Part shown: positions 47,352 to 57,785 of the stretch, piece by piece
Position numbering within the stretch: the first letter of the stretch is position 1
Layout of the letters: the number at the start of each line of letters is the position of its first letter
From: Patescibacteria group bacterium
GTDB taxonomy: Bacteria > Patescibacteriota > Patescibacteriia > JACRDY01
Direction of reading: 5' to 3'
Assembly: GCA_041671565.1 (NCBI GenBank)
Contig: JBAZBH010000002.1
Span: 32,000 to 95,999 of the forward strand
DNA length: 64,000 nt
Notes under the pieces: generated by a model
Databases searched by the model: none
What the model was told of the DNA's origin: nothing
What the model saw: the letters and a program-made list of their open reading frames with translations, nothing else
Translations under genes and position numbers: made by a program

Positions 47352-50300
47352 ATGACAAATTTAATTAAAAAAGGTTTCACTGTCTCAGTGGTGGTCGCGA
47401 CCATTTTCTGGGCGGTGGGATTAGCGGCTTTATTGCCGCTGGGCGTTTCTGCCGCGGCGGTGGAAGGCGATTTGATCAAAATGAGTGGTCTGTCGTCCGT
47501 CTACTACTATGCCAATGGCAAACGCTATGTTTTCCCGAATGAAGCCACTTACTTCTCATGGTATAGTGATTTCTCCACGGTGAAAACTCTCACCCAGGCC
47601 GAATTACAAGTGATTCCTTTGGGTTCCAATGTGTTGATGCGCGCCGGCACCAAGCTGGTGAAAATCACCACTGACCCCAAGGTTTACGCGGTCGGCCCGA
47701 ATGGCGTTCTACATCATGTCGATAGTGAAGCTCGCGCGGTTACTTTATACGGAGCCAACTGGGCTCAGCGGGTAGTTGATGTTTCCGATGCTTTCTTCAC
47801 CAACTACACCACCGGTTCGGCGCTCGCTTCCAATGTTCATCCGGAAGGCGCGTTGATCAAATACGCGGGTGCGGCTGATGTTTATTATGTGAATGCTAGC
47901 GCTCAGAAACAAAAATTGACGACTGATGCGATGACGGCTAATCGCTTGAAATTGAGCGATGTCCTCACCATCTCTGATTCGTTGGTTTATACTTCCGGCG
48001 CTGATATTACCGGCGCGGTTAACGCCATGCGGGATACTTCCCAAACTGGCGGCACCGGCGGTGTTATCACTCCGACTGTTGGTTCTTTGAATGTTGCTTT
48101 GGCTTCTGACACCCCAGGCTCGACCTCGGTGCCTTACTTGGCCAACAATGTTCCGTTTACCTATGTTAACTTGTCAGCTGGCTCCGATGGCGCCACTGTC
48201 ACGGGTGTTAAAGTCACTCGCGTTGGCCTAGGTAGCGATGCTAACTTTGGCTCCGTCAAATTGTTTTTGGACGGCGTGCAGGTTGGCAATTCCCAATCTT
48301 TGAACTCCTCTCACATTGCTTCTTTCAGCGGTTTGTCCATCAGCGTTCCGGCTAACAGCACCAAGAAATTGGTTCTCGCCGGCACGATTGCGGCTACCGG
48401 CACGGCGGTTCAGGGTCATTTGCTTGGCTTAAGTTTAGCTTCAGCTAGCGATGTCACCTCCACTGCTTCGATTGCCGGCACCTTCCCGGTGCAGGGCAAC
48501 CAGATGACTATTGCCAATGTTACCATTGGTACGGCCACCTTGGATGACGGCAGCTTGGGCACTCGCAATGACAGCAATTTGACTGTTGATACTGATGCCG
48601 CCGATGTGCGCTTCACGCAAGTGAAGATCACCGCTTCTAACGAAGATGAAAAGGTGACGCAGATCACCGCGGTTCGCAACGGCACGGCCGGCGACAGCGA
48701 TGTCAAAGATATCAAGCTTTATGATGACACCCACGGCGTGCTTTTGGGCACCGTCGCTGGTTTAACCAATGGCAGAGCGGTTTTCAGTAACCTCAATGTC
48801 TTGGTGAAGAAAGGCGAATTCGTGGAATTGTCAATTAAGGCTTCCTTAAATGGCGGCGCTGGCCGCACTTTGACTTTTGACCTGCATGATGGTGTGGCTT
48901 ACACCATGATGATTGTTGGTCAATCTTATGGCTTTGGTATTACCCCGACCGCTGGCACTTTCACCAGCTTAATGACAGCTCAGGGCATTAACCAAGGTTA
49001 TTTGACCATTAACAAGAGCGCGCTTACTCCGGCGACTGGCAACATTCCGCTCGGTGGCTCTGCGGTCACCTTAGCCGCTTTTGACTATAAAGCGGTAGGT
49101 GAGCCGATCAATGTTACTTCTACTCAGTTGACCTTTACTCCAGCTAATAGCCAATCCGCTACTACCGGTCGGGCAGCTGACTACACCAACATTGGTTTGT
49201 ATGACGCTAACGGCGTCCTGGTGGCTGGCACCAAAGATGGTGCTACCACCACCGTTAATACTGCCGAAACCTTTACCTTTACTGACGCTTATACAGTTCC
49301 GGCCGGCACTTCGGTTTATTATGTTAAAGCCAATATTTCTTCTTCGGTTTTGGCCGCAGAAAAAATAACGGTTTCCATGCCGGCTAACACGATTACTGCT
49401 AAGGGCGGCAATTCCGGCAAAACCACTTATACCACTTCAGCTGTCGGCGTTACCCCTCCGTCTGGAGCGGTATCGGCCAACCAAATGACGATTTTGGGCG
49501 GCGCTTTGGTGGTGGTGACGGCGGCGACTCCGGTCGCGGCCTCGGTCGTGGCCAACGCACAGGATCAAACTTTCGCTTACTTTGATCTGAACGCGACTGG
49601 CGGCGGCGAAGACGCGAAAATTTCCAGCGTGATAGTGACTGACACTTTGGGCAACAGCGCGGCTTATGCCGACTTGCTCAACTTGGAACTTTGGGGCGAC
49701 CCGGATAATTCTGACAGCGATGTTCAGAATATCGCGTTGGCCACCTCCAATGCCACAGCCACGAACGCCAACACGGTTACCTTCACCTTTATGACTCCGC
49801 TTCGGGTGAGTCATTCTTCAATCTCTCGCTTAACCTTAAAGGCTGATGTGGCCTCGGCCCCGGCGGATACGACTACTGCGGTGGGCACCCACACCTTTAA
49901 GATTGATGATTCGCCGGATGTTGTCGCCACTGGCTGGACTACCGGTCAGACGATTGGTGAAACTTACTCCGGTACGGGTCAAGCCATGGGCACGCAGGCG
50001 GCTGGTTTGTTGAAGGTTACTCCTTCAGCGGATATGGCGGCCGCGGCTCAGTATGTTGCCGGCACGACTGGCAATGCGATGATGTCTTACAAATTTGAGG
50101 CTTCATATGAAGATGTCTCAGTGACTTCCCTGTATATTGCCACCACCAGCGCGACTGCCAGCGCTAATGTGGCTCGGGTGAAGTTATACCTCAATGGCAC
50201 TCAGATCGGCGCCGCCAGCGGTTACACGCTGAACGCCGGTGGTGATGCTAATGTCGTCTTTGGCGCGACGGAATTCGTGGTGCCGAAAGACGGTTATGCC

Positions 50301-51050
50301 ACTTTGGCCATTAAGGTTGATTTGGCTGACAAGACTCAGTTGACTGATGCCGCGACCCTCGAAATCGGGTTGGGCGATGTCAACGGCGATGATTCTACTT
50401 GGACCACTCAAAACGGCACCGCGGTGGCTGGCAGTTACCAGATCGTCGCGACCGGTAAGTCTTCCGGTAGTGTTATTACTGAAGCTAATATCGACACTTT
50501 GGGCACTGGCGCCGGTAACATTTCAGCTTCCAAAATCATGTACCTCTATGATGGCGTGTTGACTGTTTCTTTGAACAGCGCCTCGCCTTCTGGCACGGCC
50601 ACTGCTGGCACTGCCAAAGAGGTCTTGCGTTTGAACCTGACTGCGACCGGTGACACCATTACGGTTGTCAACTTGGAAATCGCTAAGGGCGGCACTTGTA
50701 CCGTCACTGGTACGACAGCGGCTTACTTGAAGAGCGCTGACCTCGCCACCACTTATGCGACTTTCGCGGCTGGCACTGCTTGGTTAAATAACGCTCACCT
50801 TGATGTTCTCACCCATGATTCCGACGGCGCGTTTGATACCGCCTTGGAAATCGCTCCGGGTGAAACTAAGACCATTGTCTTGATCGGCGATGATGCGGCT
50901 TGCACCACTGCTAATCAGACTTTGCAATTCACGGTCGGCGGCGTTACCCACACCACTTCCGGCGTCTCTTGGAAGAATGCTTCCGCCAATACGGTGGATG
51001 CCGCTTTGACCAAGAACTTGCCGGTGGCTGGCGGTTCGCTAGTCTTCTAA
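47352..51050 (+). CDS. large S-layer-like surface protein
   Basis: 1232 aa; signal peptide; CPR-type N-terminal repeats (GDLIK..VYY..KRYVFPNE); T/A/G-rich Ig-like repeats; biased codon usage. Confidence 0.85.
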   Translation: MTNLIKKGFTVSVVVATIFWAVGLAALLPLGVSAAAVEGDLIKMSGLSSVYYYANGKRYVFPNEATYFSWYSDFSTVKTLTQAELQVIPLGSNVLMRAGTKLVKITTDPKVYAVGPNGVLHHVDSEARAVTLYGANWAQRVVDVSDAFFTNYTTGSALASNVHPEGALIKYAGAADVYYVNASAQKQKLTTDAMTANRLKLSDVLTISDSLVYTSGADITGAVNAMRDTSQTGGTGGVITPTVGSLNVALASDTPGSTSVPYLANNVPFTYVNLSAGSDGATVTGVKVTRVGLGSDANFGSVKLFLDGVQVGNSQSLNSSHIASFSGLSISVPANSTKKLVLAGTIAATGTAVQGHLLGLSLASASDVTSTASIAGTFPVQGNQMTIANVTIGTATLDDGSLGTRNDSNLTVDTDAADVRFTQVKITASNEDEKVTQITAVRNGTAGDSDVKDIKLYDDTHGVLLGTVAGLTNGRAVFSNLNVLVKKGEFVELSIKASLNGGAGRTLTFDLHDGVAYTMMIVGQSYGFGITPTAGTFTSLMTAQGINQGYLTINKSALTPATGNIPLGGSAVTLAAFDYKAVGEPINVTSTQLTFTPANSQSATTGRAADYTNIGLYDANGVLVAGTKDGATTTVNTAETFTFTDAYTVPAGTSVYYVKANISSSVLAAEKITVSMPANTITAKGGNSGKTTYTTSAVGVTPPSGAVSANQMTILGGALVVVTAATPVAASVVANAQDQTFAYFDLNATGGGEDAKISSVIVTDTLGNSAAYADLLNLELWGDPDNSDSDVQNIALATSNATATNANTVTFTFMTPLRVSHSSISRLTLKADVASAPADTTTAVGTHTFKIDDSPDVVATGWTTGQTIGETYSGTGQAMGTQAAGLLKVTPSADMAAAAQYVAGTTGNAMMSYKFEASYEDVSVTSLYIATTSATASANVARVKLYLNGTQIGAASGYTLNAGGDANVVFGATEFVVPKDGYATLAIKVDLADKTQLTDAATLEIGLGDVNGDDSTWTTQNGTAVAGSYQIVATGKSSGSVITEANIDTLGTGAGNISASKIMYLYDGVLTVSLNSASPSGTATAGTAKEVLRLNLTATGDTITVVNLEIAKGGTCTVTGTTAAYLKSADLATTYATFAAGTAWLNNAHLDVLTHDSDGAFDTALEIAPGETKTIVLIGDDAACTTANQTLQFTVGGVTHTTSGVSWKNASANTVDAALTKNLPVAGGSLVF

Positions 51051-51093
51051 AGTTCGGTACCAAGTTCGTCAGCGTCTTGTTTAGTCAAGCTGA

Positions 51094-51127
51094 CAAAAAC
51101 CACCCGGCATGTGCTGGGTGGTTTTTA
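51094..51127 (+). terminator. intrinsic terminator
   Basis: aaaaaccacccggca-tg-tgctgggtggttttt. Confidence 0.85.
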
Positions 51128-51180
51128 TTTGGGAGAAATTAGGCGTTGGCGTTTGATGTTTAAACCAAAAGCCAGGGCTA

Positions 51181-51371
51181 GAAGTTCAAAGCTTAAAATC
51201 CAAAGTTCAAATCAAGTTCAAAAATCAAATGCTATTCTTGGCTAACCGTGAAGCCACCTTTTGGCATTTGAACTTGATTTGAACTTTGAATCTTTGGATT
51301 TTGAACTTCTAACCATGGTTGAGAGTTTCAACGCCGATTATTGACATTCTTGAATCCTAAATCTTAAATCT
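51181..51371. repeat. AAAGTTC inverted element with GATTTAA right arm
   Basis: Inner arms intact; outer right arm cattcttgaatcctaaatcttaaatc. Confidence 0.85.
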
Positions 51372-51446
51372 ATCTTCAGTCTAGACAAACCCCCTTTTAT
51401 TTTGTAGAATAGGAAGTGCTAATAAAGTTAATTAGTAAGCCCAATT

Positions 51447-52112
51447 ATGTCAGAAATCATTAAAAAACGCTGGCCGCTTATTTTAGTAGGGGTGTTTTTT
51501 ATTGTTTTAATTGGCACTTTTGTCTGGAAATCCAATATTAAAGAGACGGAAGTGGACTGGGTTTCAACTGATAAATTAACTTTGACTGAGACAGAAAAAG
51601 CCAAATACGAAGAAACCGTGGTTAAACTGGAGCAAAACCAAAAAGACCCGGAAGCGCTGGTTAATCTCGCGCGCCTGCGGAACTATGGCGGCGATCTGGA
51701 GGGCGCGATTAAGATTTATTTGGAAGCCTTAAAACTCCGGCCGAATGACACGCTGATTCTCAACAACTTGGGCGACGCTTATTACTCACTCGGCGACTAC
51801 AAAAAGTCCGAAGAAATGTATCTCAAAATTATTGAAAATAATCCCAAGTGGATTAGCGCTTACCGCGAATTGGTTAACATTTATCATTATAAGCTGAAAG
51901 ACAAATATACCACCGTGCCGGCGCTTTTGGAACGCGGGCTGTCCGCCGACCCAGGGTCAAGCGAAGATTTTTACGCTCTGCTTGGGATTTATTATGAAGA
52001 TGTCGGCGATATCGCCAATGCCATTCTGTATTATGAAAAAGTTTTGGCGATTAACCCGCAGAATATCGGCGCGCGGTCGGCTTTGGACGCTCTCCGGCCG
52101 GTCAAGTTTTAA
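51447..52112 (+). CDS. membrane-anchored tetratricopeptide repeat protein
   Basis: N-terminal TM; TPR patterns (ALKLRPND..LNNLGDAYY). Confidence 0.9.
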   Translation: MSEIIKKRWPLILVGVFFIVLIGTFVWKSNIKETEVDWVSTDKLTLTETEKAKYEETVVKLEQNQKDPEALVNLARLRNYGGDLEGAIKIYLEALKLRPNDTLILNNLGDAYYSLGDYKKSEEMYLKIIENNPKWISAYRELVNIYHYKLKDKYTTVPALLERGLSADPGSSEDFYALLGIYYEDVGDIANAILYYEKVLAINPQNIGARSALDALRPVKF

Positions 52113-52184
52113 TCATCACCAGTTGGGTCGGTTATCCGCGGTTCGTTAATGATTGAAGTTTTTCTTATTAACCATGCGGCTGAA

Positions 52185-52290
52185 TAGCGATGCGAATGCT
52201 ACAAATTACATGCGAATACTACAAATGATACGAATTTACTGGTCTTTATTCGTTGCATTCGTATGTAATTCGTAGCATTCGCATCGCTTC
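52185..52290. repeat. complete CGAAT/ATTCG inverted element
   Basis: agcgatgcgaatgctacaaattacatgcgaat / attcgtatgtaattcgtagcattcgcatcgct. Confidence 0.88.
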
Positions 52291-52367
52291 CAATCGGGTA
52301 AAGAAAATGAATCCCGTGGATTATAAATAATTGTCAATAAATAATCAGCGTGAACTAAAACAAAAAT

Positions 52368-53840
52368 ATGAAAAAGCTTTATTTTGGACTGGCGGCGCTA
52401 CTCAGCTTTTTGGCAGTCAGCCCGGCATTGGGGGCGACTGGCGTTTTGAATAACGAAGTAACAACGGACTATTATTATCCGGGCACTTGGAATAATCTGG
52501 CGCTGGATTTTACCCTGCAGCACCAAAGCGGGGCGACTGGCGAGGCCGACACGCTGAATACTTTAACCGTCAAAAATAACGGCGCGGCGCGAAACGGCTT
52601 TGAAATTACGGCCGTGAAACTGTGGGCCGACGGCGGTTTACCGGGCTGGCAGGGCTGGGGAGTTGACCAAGAAGTCGCGACCGGCAGTTTTTTTAATGAC
52701 AGCTGGTATTTCAACGGTTTGCGCCTGGCAATACCGGCGGGCGGACAGCGGCTGTTTATCACCGTGGATATCAAAAACTACATTGAAGCGAGAAAAACCG
52801 TCCAACTTTATCTGCCGGCTTTAAATGATGATAACAGTAACAGCGTTTATGATTTGGGTGAAACCGGGATTTTTATGACTTCCGGGGTCAATGGCCCGGC
52901 CTTGCCGGTTTTTAATACGGAAACTTCGGCGGTCAGTACTACCATTACCGATTTATGGGCGCCGCAGGCGATCATTACCAACTTAACCGAGCAGCAAAGT
53001 TTAACGGTGGCGGCTGGCGGCAATTATTTGATTACCGGCGAGGCGCGCGACCAAGGCCGCGGCCACACCGCCTCAGTCAGCCTGGGGATTGGCGCGAGCG
53101 AGGCCAGCCTGGTTTGGGGCGAGGCGGTTAATACCGGGGTGGATTTCTCCACTTGGAGTTATGATTGGCAAAAGATTGAGGCTGGCAGTTATATTATTAA
53201 AATTAAAAGTAGCGACGACAGCCATAACCTTTCAGCCGAGAGCTCCGGTTTAACGGTTAAAATGCCGGCTGTTGAGGCGCCGATCGTGGCGGTAACTTTG
53301 GCTGACGGCGTTCTCGCCCAGACAACCGTTGGCGGTTCAATCTACTTGATCAAAGGCGGCCAGAAGTGCTTGATTGCCAGTGACGCGATTTTTAATTCCT
53401 GGGGTTATGATCAGGCTAAAGTGGTGACAGTTGATTTGAACGCTTACGCCGATGGCGAGCCGGTGAAATTCCGCGACGGTTATCTGATCAAAGGCGCGGA
53501 CGCCAAGGTTTTCGTCGTCAGCGAGGGCGGCAAGCGCTGGATTGGCGATGGCGCGGTTTTTGAGGGCCTTGGTTACCGATGGAATAAGATTAATTTGGTC
53601 ACCGAAGCGCAGTTGGCCACTTATCCGGCGGGCGCCGATATTACCAAGGCTTACATTCATCCGGCCGGCACGCTGATTAAATACGCCACCTATCCCGAGG
53701 TGTTTCTCTTGACAGCGGACGGGAAGCGACGGCATATTGCCAATGAAACGACATATTTAGGTCTCGGCTATCACTGGGATAATATTATCACGGTGCCGGA
53801 CTGGGAGTATTATCCGGACGGGGCGGAAATCACGCTCTAG
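52368..53840 (+). CDS. secreted surface protein with C-terminal CPR-type repeats
   Basis: Signal peptide; repeats G.LIK...VF....G.KR.I....F..LGY.W. Confidence 0.8.
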   Translation: MKKLYFGLAALLSFLAVSPALGATGVLNNEVTTDYYYPGTWNNLALDFTLQHQSGATGEADTLNTLTVKNNGAARNGFEITAVKLWADGGLPGWQGWGVDQEVATGSFFNDSWYFNGLRLAIPAGGQRLFITVDIKNYIEARKTVQLYLPALNDDNSNSVYDLGETGIFMTSGVNGPALPVFNTETSAVSTTITDLWAPQAIITNLTEQQSLTVAAGGNYLITGEARDQGRGHTASVSLGIGASEASLVWGEAVNTGVDFSTWSYDWQKIEAGSYIIKIKSSDDSHNLSAESSGLTVKMPAVEAPIVAVTLADGVLAQTTVGGSIYLIKGGQKCLIASDAIFNSWGYDQAKVVTVDLNAYADGEPVKFRDGYLIKGADAKVFVVSEGGKRWIGDGAVFEGLGYRWNKINLVTEAQLATYPAGADITKAYIHPAGTLIKYATYPEVFLLTADGKRRHIANETTYLGLGYHWDNIITVPDWEYYPDGAEITL

Positions 53841-53899
53841 TTTGGCGGACGGTTTAATTTAGCCAATTTTTACTAAGGCCCCCGAAAGGGGGTTTTTAG

Positions 53900-54110
53900 G
53901 GAGATTTAAGATTTAGGATTTAAGAATAAATGCCCAATGACCAAGCTCCAATGACCAATCAATGTCCAATGACCAATGTCCAATTACCGACTTTTGGCAT
54001 TTGAGCTTGATTGGACATTGGGATTTGGTTATTGGACATTTTAACCGCTGTAAGAAGTTTAAACACTAATTATCGACATTCTTAAATCTTAAATCCTAAA
54101 TCTTAAATCT
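53900..54110. repeat. nested GATTTAA/CCAAT element in the opposite orientation to 36470-36711
   Basis: Its reverse complement aligns with 36470-36711, including the asymmetric spacer. Confidence 0.88.
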
Positions 54111-54162
54111 GTCTCTCCCTCCCCTTGGACTTTTCCCCAAATTTAAGCTAAAATAACGCTAT

Positions 54163-56244
54163 ATGTTTAACCGCCAACCTAAGAAAATCACCGTCTTCGC
54201 CTTAATTTTTTTGTTTGTTTTTGGCCTAATCAGTCCGGCGCTCGCGCTCAAGCCTGATGACCCGGATTATTTTCTCGAGTGGCAGATAGAGAAGATGAGT
54301 TTGCCCCTAGCTTGGGATTATACGACCGGTTCGCCGGCAGTGGTGGTGGCGGTACTGGATACCGGCGTGGATGTTAAACACCCGGATTTGGCGGACAATA
54401 TCTGGGTTAATACCGGCGAAATTCCGGGCGACGGCATTGATAATGACGGCAACGGGTATATTGATGATGTTAACGGTTATGATTTTGTAGATGAAGACGC
54501 TAATCCGGCGCCGGATTTTTCTAAAGGGTATAACCCGCTGGCGCTGAGTCACGGCACGATGGTGGCCGGCTTGATCGGCGGGGTGGGTAACAATCTGCGT
54601 GGCCTGGCGGGTGTGGCCTGGCAAGCAAAAATCATGCCGCTGCGGATTTTGGACAACTGGGGCATGGCGTCCGTGCCGCCGACCTTGGCAGCGGTGCAAT
54701 ACGCGATTGATAACGGCGCCGAGGTGATTAATTTAAGCTTTCAGGGTGAATTTCCGCTTTTAGAGTTTCAACAGATTTTAGAAAAAGCCTACCGCGCCGG
54801 TGTGGTGATTGTGGCGGCGGCCGGCAACGGCAATCACGGGGTTAATGGTTTTGACTTGGATCAGACGGAGTTTTACCCGGTTTGCTATCAAACGGCCGAT
54901 GGGCAAAATATGATTATTGGCGTGGGCGCCACCAATCAGGCTGATGAGCGGTCGGACTTTTCCAATTACGGCAAGTGTGTGGACATTATGGCGCCGGGCG
55001 AAGAAATTTATTCCACCGAAGCCTACCGCGGCCCGAACACTGATTTAGAAACTTATTACGGCGGCGACTGGCGGGGGACATCTTCGGCCGCGCCACTGGT
55101 TTCCGGCGTGGCGGCTTTGATTAAGTCGATCAACCAGAATTTTTCGCCGGATCAAATACTTAATTTTATCACTACTACCGCCGATCCTTTGGGTTATGAT
55201 TATAGTAGCACCCGCTATGCCGGCAAATTGGGAGCCGGCCGGGTTAATGCCGGCGCGGCGGTGAAAGCCGCGGCCGAGTATAGCCGCGGCCACGCCGAGG
55301 AATTAGCCTGGCAGGCGGCGGGTTGGCCGCGGGCTTATGTTACCCCTGGGTTAGTGGTAGCGCCGATTGGCGCCGGAGCGCCGGAAGTGCGGGTGTTAAC
55401 TAATTTGGGTGTGGTAAAAAATAAATTTTTGGCTTATGAAACTGATTGGCGGGGCGGCGTTAATTTAGCCTTAGGCGACTTCAACCAGGACGGCAAAAAA
55501 GAAATCGTCACAGCGCCGGGCGCGGGCCACGAGCCGGCAGTGCGGATTTTCAGTCAGACGGGTACGCCGTTAACCGAGTTTTTGGCTTATGACGCCACTT
55601 ACCGCGGCGGCGTTAAAGTCGCCGTCAAAGACATTGACGCTGACGGCCAGGCGGAAATCGTGACCGCGCCGCAAACTGCCGGCAAAGAAGCGGTTAAAAT
55701 CTTTACCCAGAAAGGAGAAGTCAAATATCAAATTAAAATTAATTCCAAGAATTTTGTCGGCGGAGTTAATCTCGCTCTCGGCGATTTAGATTTAGACGGC
55801 AAGGCAGAAATTGTGCTCTCGTCGGCTAAAGGCGGCGCGGGAGCGGTTCAAATTTGGACTTATCAGGGCAAGCTAATGCGGCAGTTTAGCGTGGCGGACA
55901 AGAAATTCACCGGCGGTCTCAGTTTGGCTGTTGGCGATATTGACGGCGACAGCCGGCCGGAGATTATTACCGCGCCGGAAAGCGGCGCTGAACCGCGGGT
56001 CAAAATTTTCAACCAAGAAGGTAAGTTGAAGAAAGATTTTCTAGTTGGCGAGAAGGCCTATCTGGGTGGGCTAACTTTGGCAACGGGCGATTATAACGGC
56101 GATGGCTGGTTAGACCTGGCGGCGAGCCAAGCGAGCGGCGATCCGGTAGTTAATTTAGTCAACGGCCTTGGCCAAATTGAAGCCAATTTTAGCGTTTTTA
56201 GTCAAGGTTATACGGGTGGAGTAAATGTTGCTATAATAGATTAA
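54163..56244 (+). CDS. S8 subtilisin-like serine peptidase with FG-GAP-like repeats
   Basis: VAVLDTG, HGTMVAG, AAAGN, GTSSAAP. Confidence 0.93.
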   Translation: MFNRQPKKITVFALIFLFVFGLISPALALKPDDPDYFLEWQIEKMSLPLAWDYTTGSPAVVVAVLDTGVDVKHPDLADNIWVNTGEIPGDGIDNDGNGYIDDVNGYDFVDEDANPAPDFSKGYNPLALSHGTMVAGLIGGVGNNLRGLAGVAWQAKIMPLRILDNWGMASVPPTLAAVQYAIDNGAEVINLSFQGEFPLLEFQQILEKAYRAGVVIVAAAGNGNHGVNGFDLDQTEFYPVCYQTADGQNMIIGVGATNQADERSDFSNYGKCVDIMAPGEEIYSTEAYRGPNTDLETYYGGDWRGTSSAAPLVSGVAALIKSINQNFSPDQILNFITTTADPLGYDYSSTRYAGKLGAGRVNAGAAVKAAAEYSRGHAEELAWQAAGWPRAYVTPGLVVAPIGAGAPEVRVLTNLGVVKNKFLAYETDWRGGVNLALGDFNQDGKKEIVTAPGAGHEPAVRIFSQTGTPLTEFLAYDATYRGGVKVAVKDIDADGQAEIVTAPQTAGKEAVKIFTQKGEVKYQIKINSKNFVGGVNLALGDLDLDGKAEIVLSSAKGGAGAVQIWTYQGKLMRQFSVADKKFTGGLSLAVGDIDGDSRPEIITAPESGAEPRVKIFNQEGKLKKDFLVGEKAYLGGLTLATGDYNGDGWLDLAASQASGDPVVNLVNGLGQIEANFSVFSQGYTGGVNVAIID

Positions 56245-56255
56245 GCCTTAAACTT

Positions 56256-56669
56256 GTGGATAATGAGGTTAAAATAAAAGTTCCGCTCGGGCCGCAGCTG
56301 GTCAAATTTTGTTTGGTCGGCTTTGCTAACGCCACAGTGGATTTCAGTATTTATCTCAGCTTGACGCGTAATTTCCAATTTTGGGCCAAGTGGTATTTAG
56401 CCGCCAATATTATTGCCTTCGCCTTTGCCAGCTTGTTCAGCTTCATAGTCAATAAGCATTGGACTTTTGGCGCCGGCAAAAGCCGCAATTACTGGCAGGA
56501 ATATTGCCGTTTTATGGCAGTCAATTTGGTGGCGCTATTGATTGTGGAAGCGTCGTTGTTCGCGGCGGTGGATTTATTCGGCGTTTATGATTTGTGGGGC
56601 AAGTGTTTTGGCATTTTACTGTCAATCGCTTGGAGCCTGACCGCGCACCGGCGCTGGACCTTTAAATAA
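56256..56669 (+). CDS. GtrA family protein
   Basis: KFCLVG..NATVD, NKHWTF, RRWTF. Confidence 0.9.
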   Translation: MDNEVKIKVPLGPQLVKFCLVGFANATVDFSIYLSLTRNFQFWAKWYLAANIIAFAFASLFSFIVNKHWTFGAGKSRNYWQEYCRFMAVNLVALLIVEASLFAAVDLFGVYDLWGKCFGILLSIAWSLTAHRRWTFK

Positions 56670-56746
56670 GTTGAAAGTTGAAAGTTATAAAGTTGAAAGT
56701 AAAATTCGACTAACTTTATAACTTTTAACTTTATAACTTTATAACT
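56668..56746. repeat. AAAGTT(G/AT) inverted element
   Basis: agttgaaagttgaaagttataaagtt / aactttataacttttaactttataact. Confidence 0.85.
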
Positions 56747-56752
56747 GCTTTT

Positions 56753-57751
56753 ATGTCTACCAACAAAAAAAACATTGTGGTCTTGGGTGGGGCTGGGTTC
56801 CTCGGCTCGCATCTGTGCGATTATTTGATTAAGGAAAATCAAGTTATCTGCGTTGACGATTTTACTTCGGGTACGCAAGCGAATATCGACCATCTGCTCG
56901 CCAACCCCAATTTTGAGTTTATCAAGCATGATATTGTCGAGCCGCTGGATTTGGACGGCTTTCCCGAGCTGGATAAATTCAAAGTCAAAGTCCAGGGCGT
57001 GGCGGAAGTCTATAATCTCGCTTGCCCGACTTCGGTCAAGAATTTTGAGACTGACCGCATCCGGACTTTAGAAACCAACGGTTGGGGCACGCGGAACGGT
57101 TTGGAAATAGCGCGGAAATATAACGCTAAATTTCTCCATTTTTCTTCCTCGGTGGTTTACGGCGGTCGGACCGATGATGTTAAATTTTTTCAGGAAGATT
57201 ATTGGGGTCATGTTAATTTTCTTTCGCCCCGCGCTTGTTATGATGAAGGCCGGCGGTTTGCCGAAACCGCGGTGGTGACTTACCGCCAAGTTTACGGGCT
57301 AGACACCAAGATCGTCCGCGTTTTCCGCGCTTACGGCGCGCGGATGAAATTGTTTGATGGCCAGATGCTGCCGGATTTTATCACTGACGCGCTAGAGGGA
57401 AAAGATTTAGTGATCTACGGTGACAAAACATTTTCTTCGTCGCTCGTTTATGTCGCTGATGTGATTGATGGCGCGGTCCGTCTGATGGCCGCGGAAGAAT
57501 CCGGGCCAATCAACCTGGGCGGGATTGATGACCATAATATCTATGGAGTGGCCGAGTTGATTATTAAGTTGACCGACTCAGCTTCCAAGATTGTCTTTAA
57601 AGATCCGCTTCTATTTATGACGCCCTTGGGACTACCCGACATTACCCTCGCTAAAGAAAAACTAGGCTGGCTGCCGGTGGTGCCGCTCCAGGAAGGTTTG
57701 CAAAAAACTATTGACTACACTCGGGCGGAAAAAGGCAAAGTCGGCGCGTAG
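56753..57751 (+). CDS. NAD-dependent epimerase/dehydratase, UDP-glucuronate decarboxylase-like
   Basis: GGAGFLGSHL, YNLACP, PRACYDEG, GPINLG. Confidence 0.88.
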   Translation: MSTNKKNIVVLGGAGFLGSHLCDYLIKENQVICVDDFTSGTQANIDHLLANPNFEFIKHDIVEPLDLDGFPELDKFKVKVQGVAEVYNLACPTSVKNFETDRIRTLETNGWGTRNGLEIARKYNAKFLHFSSSVVYGGRTDDVKFFQEDYWGHVNFLSPRACYDEGRRFAETAVVTYRQVYGLDTKIVRVFRAYGARMKLFDGQMLPDFITDALEGKDLVIYGDKTFSSSLVYVADVIDGAVRLMAAEESGPINLGGIDDHNIYGVAELIIKLTDSASKIVFKDPLLFMTPLGLPDITLAKEKLGWLPVVPLQEGLQKTIDYTRAEKGKVGA

Positions 57752-57785
57752 GTAATTACTAATGACTAATTACTAATGACGAATT
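57752..57785. repeat. heptamer tandem TAAT(T/G)AC, unpaired
   Basis: taattactaatgactaattactaatgacgaatt. Confidence 0.7.
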
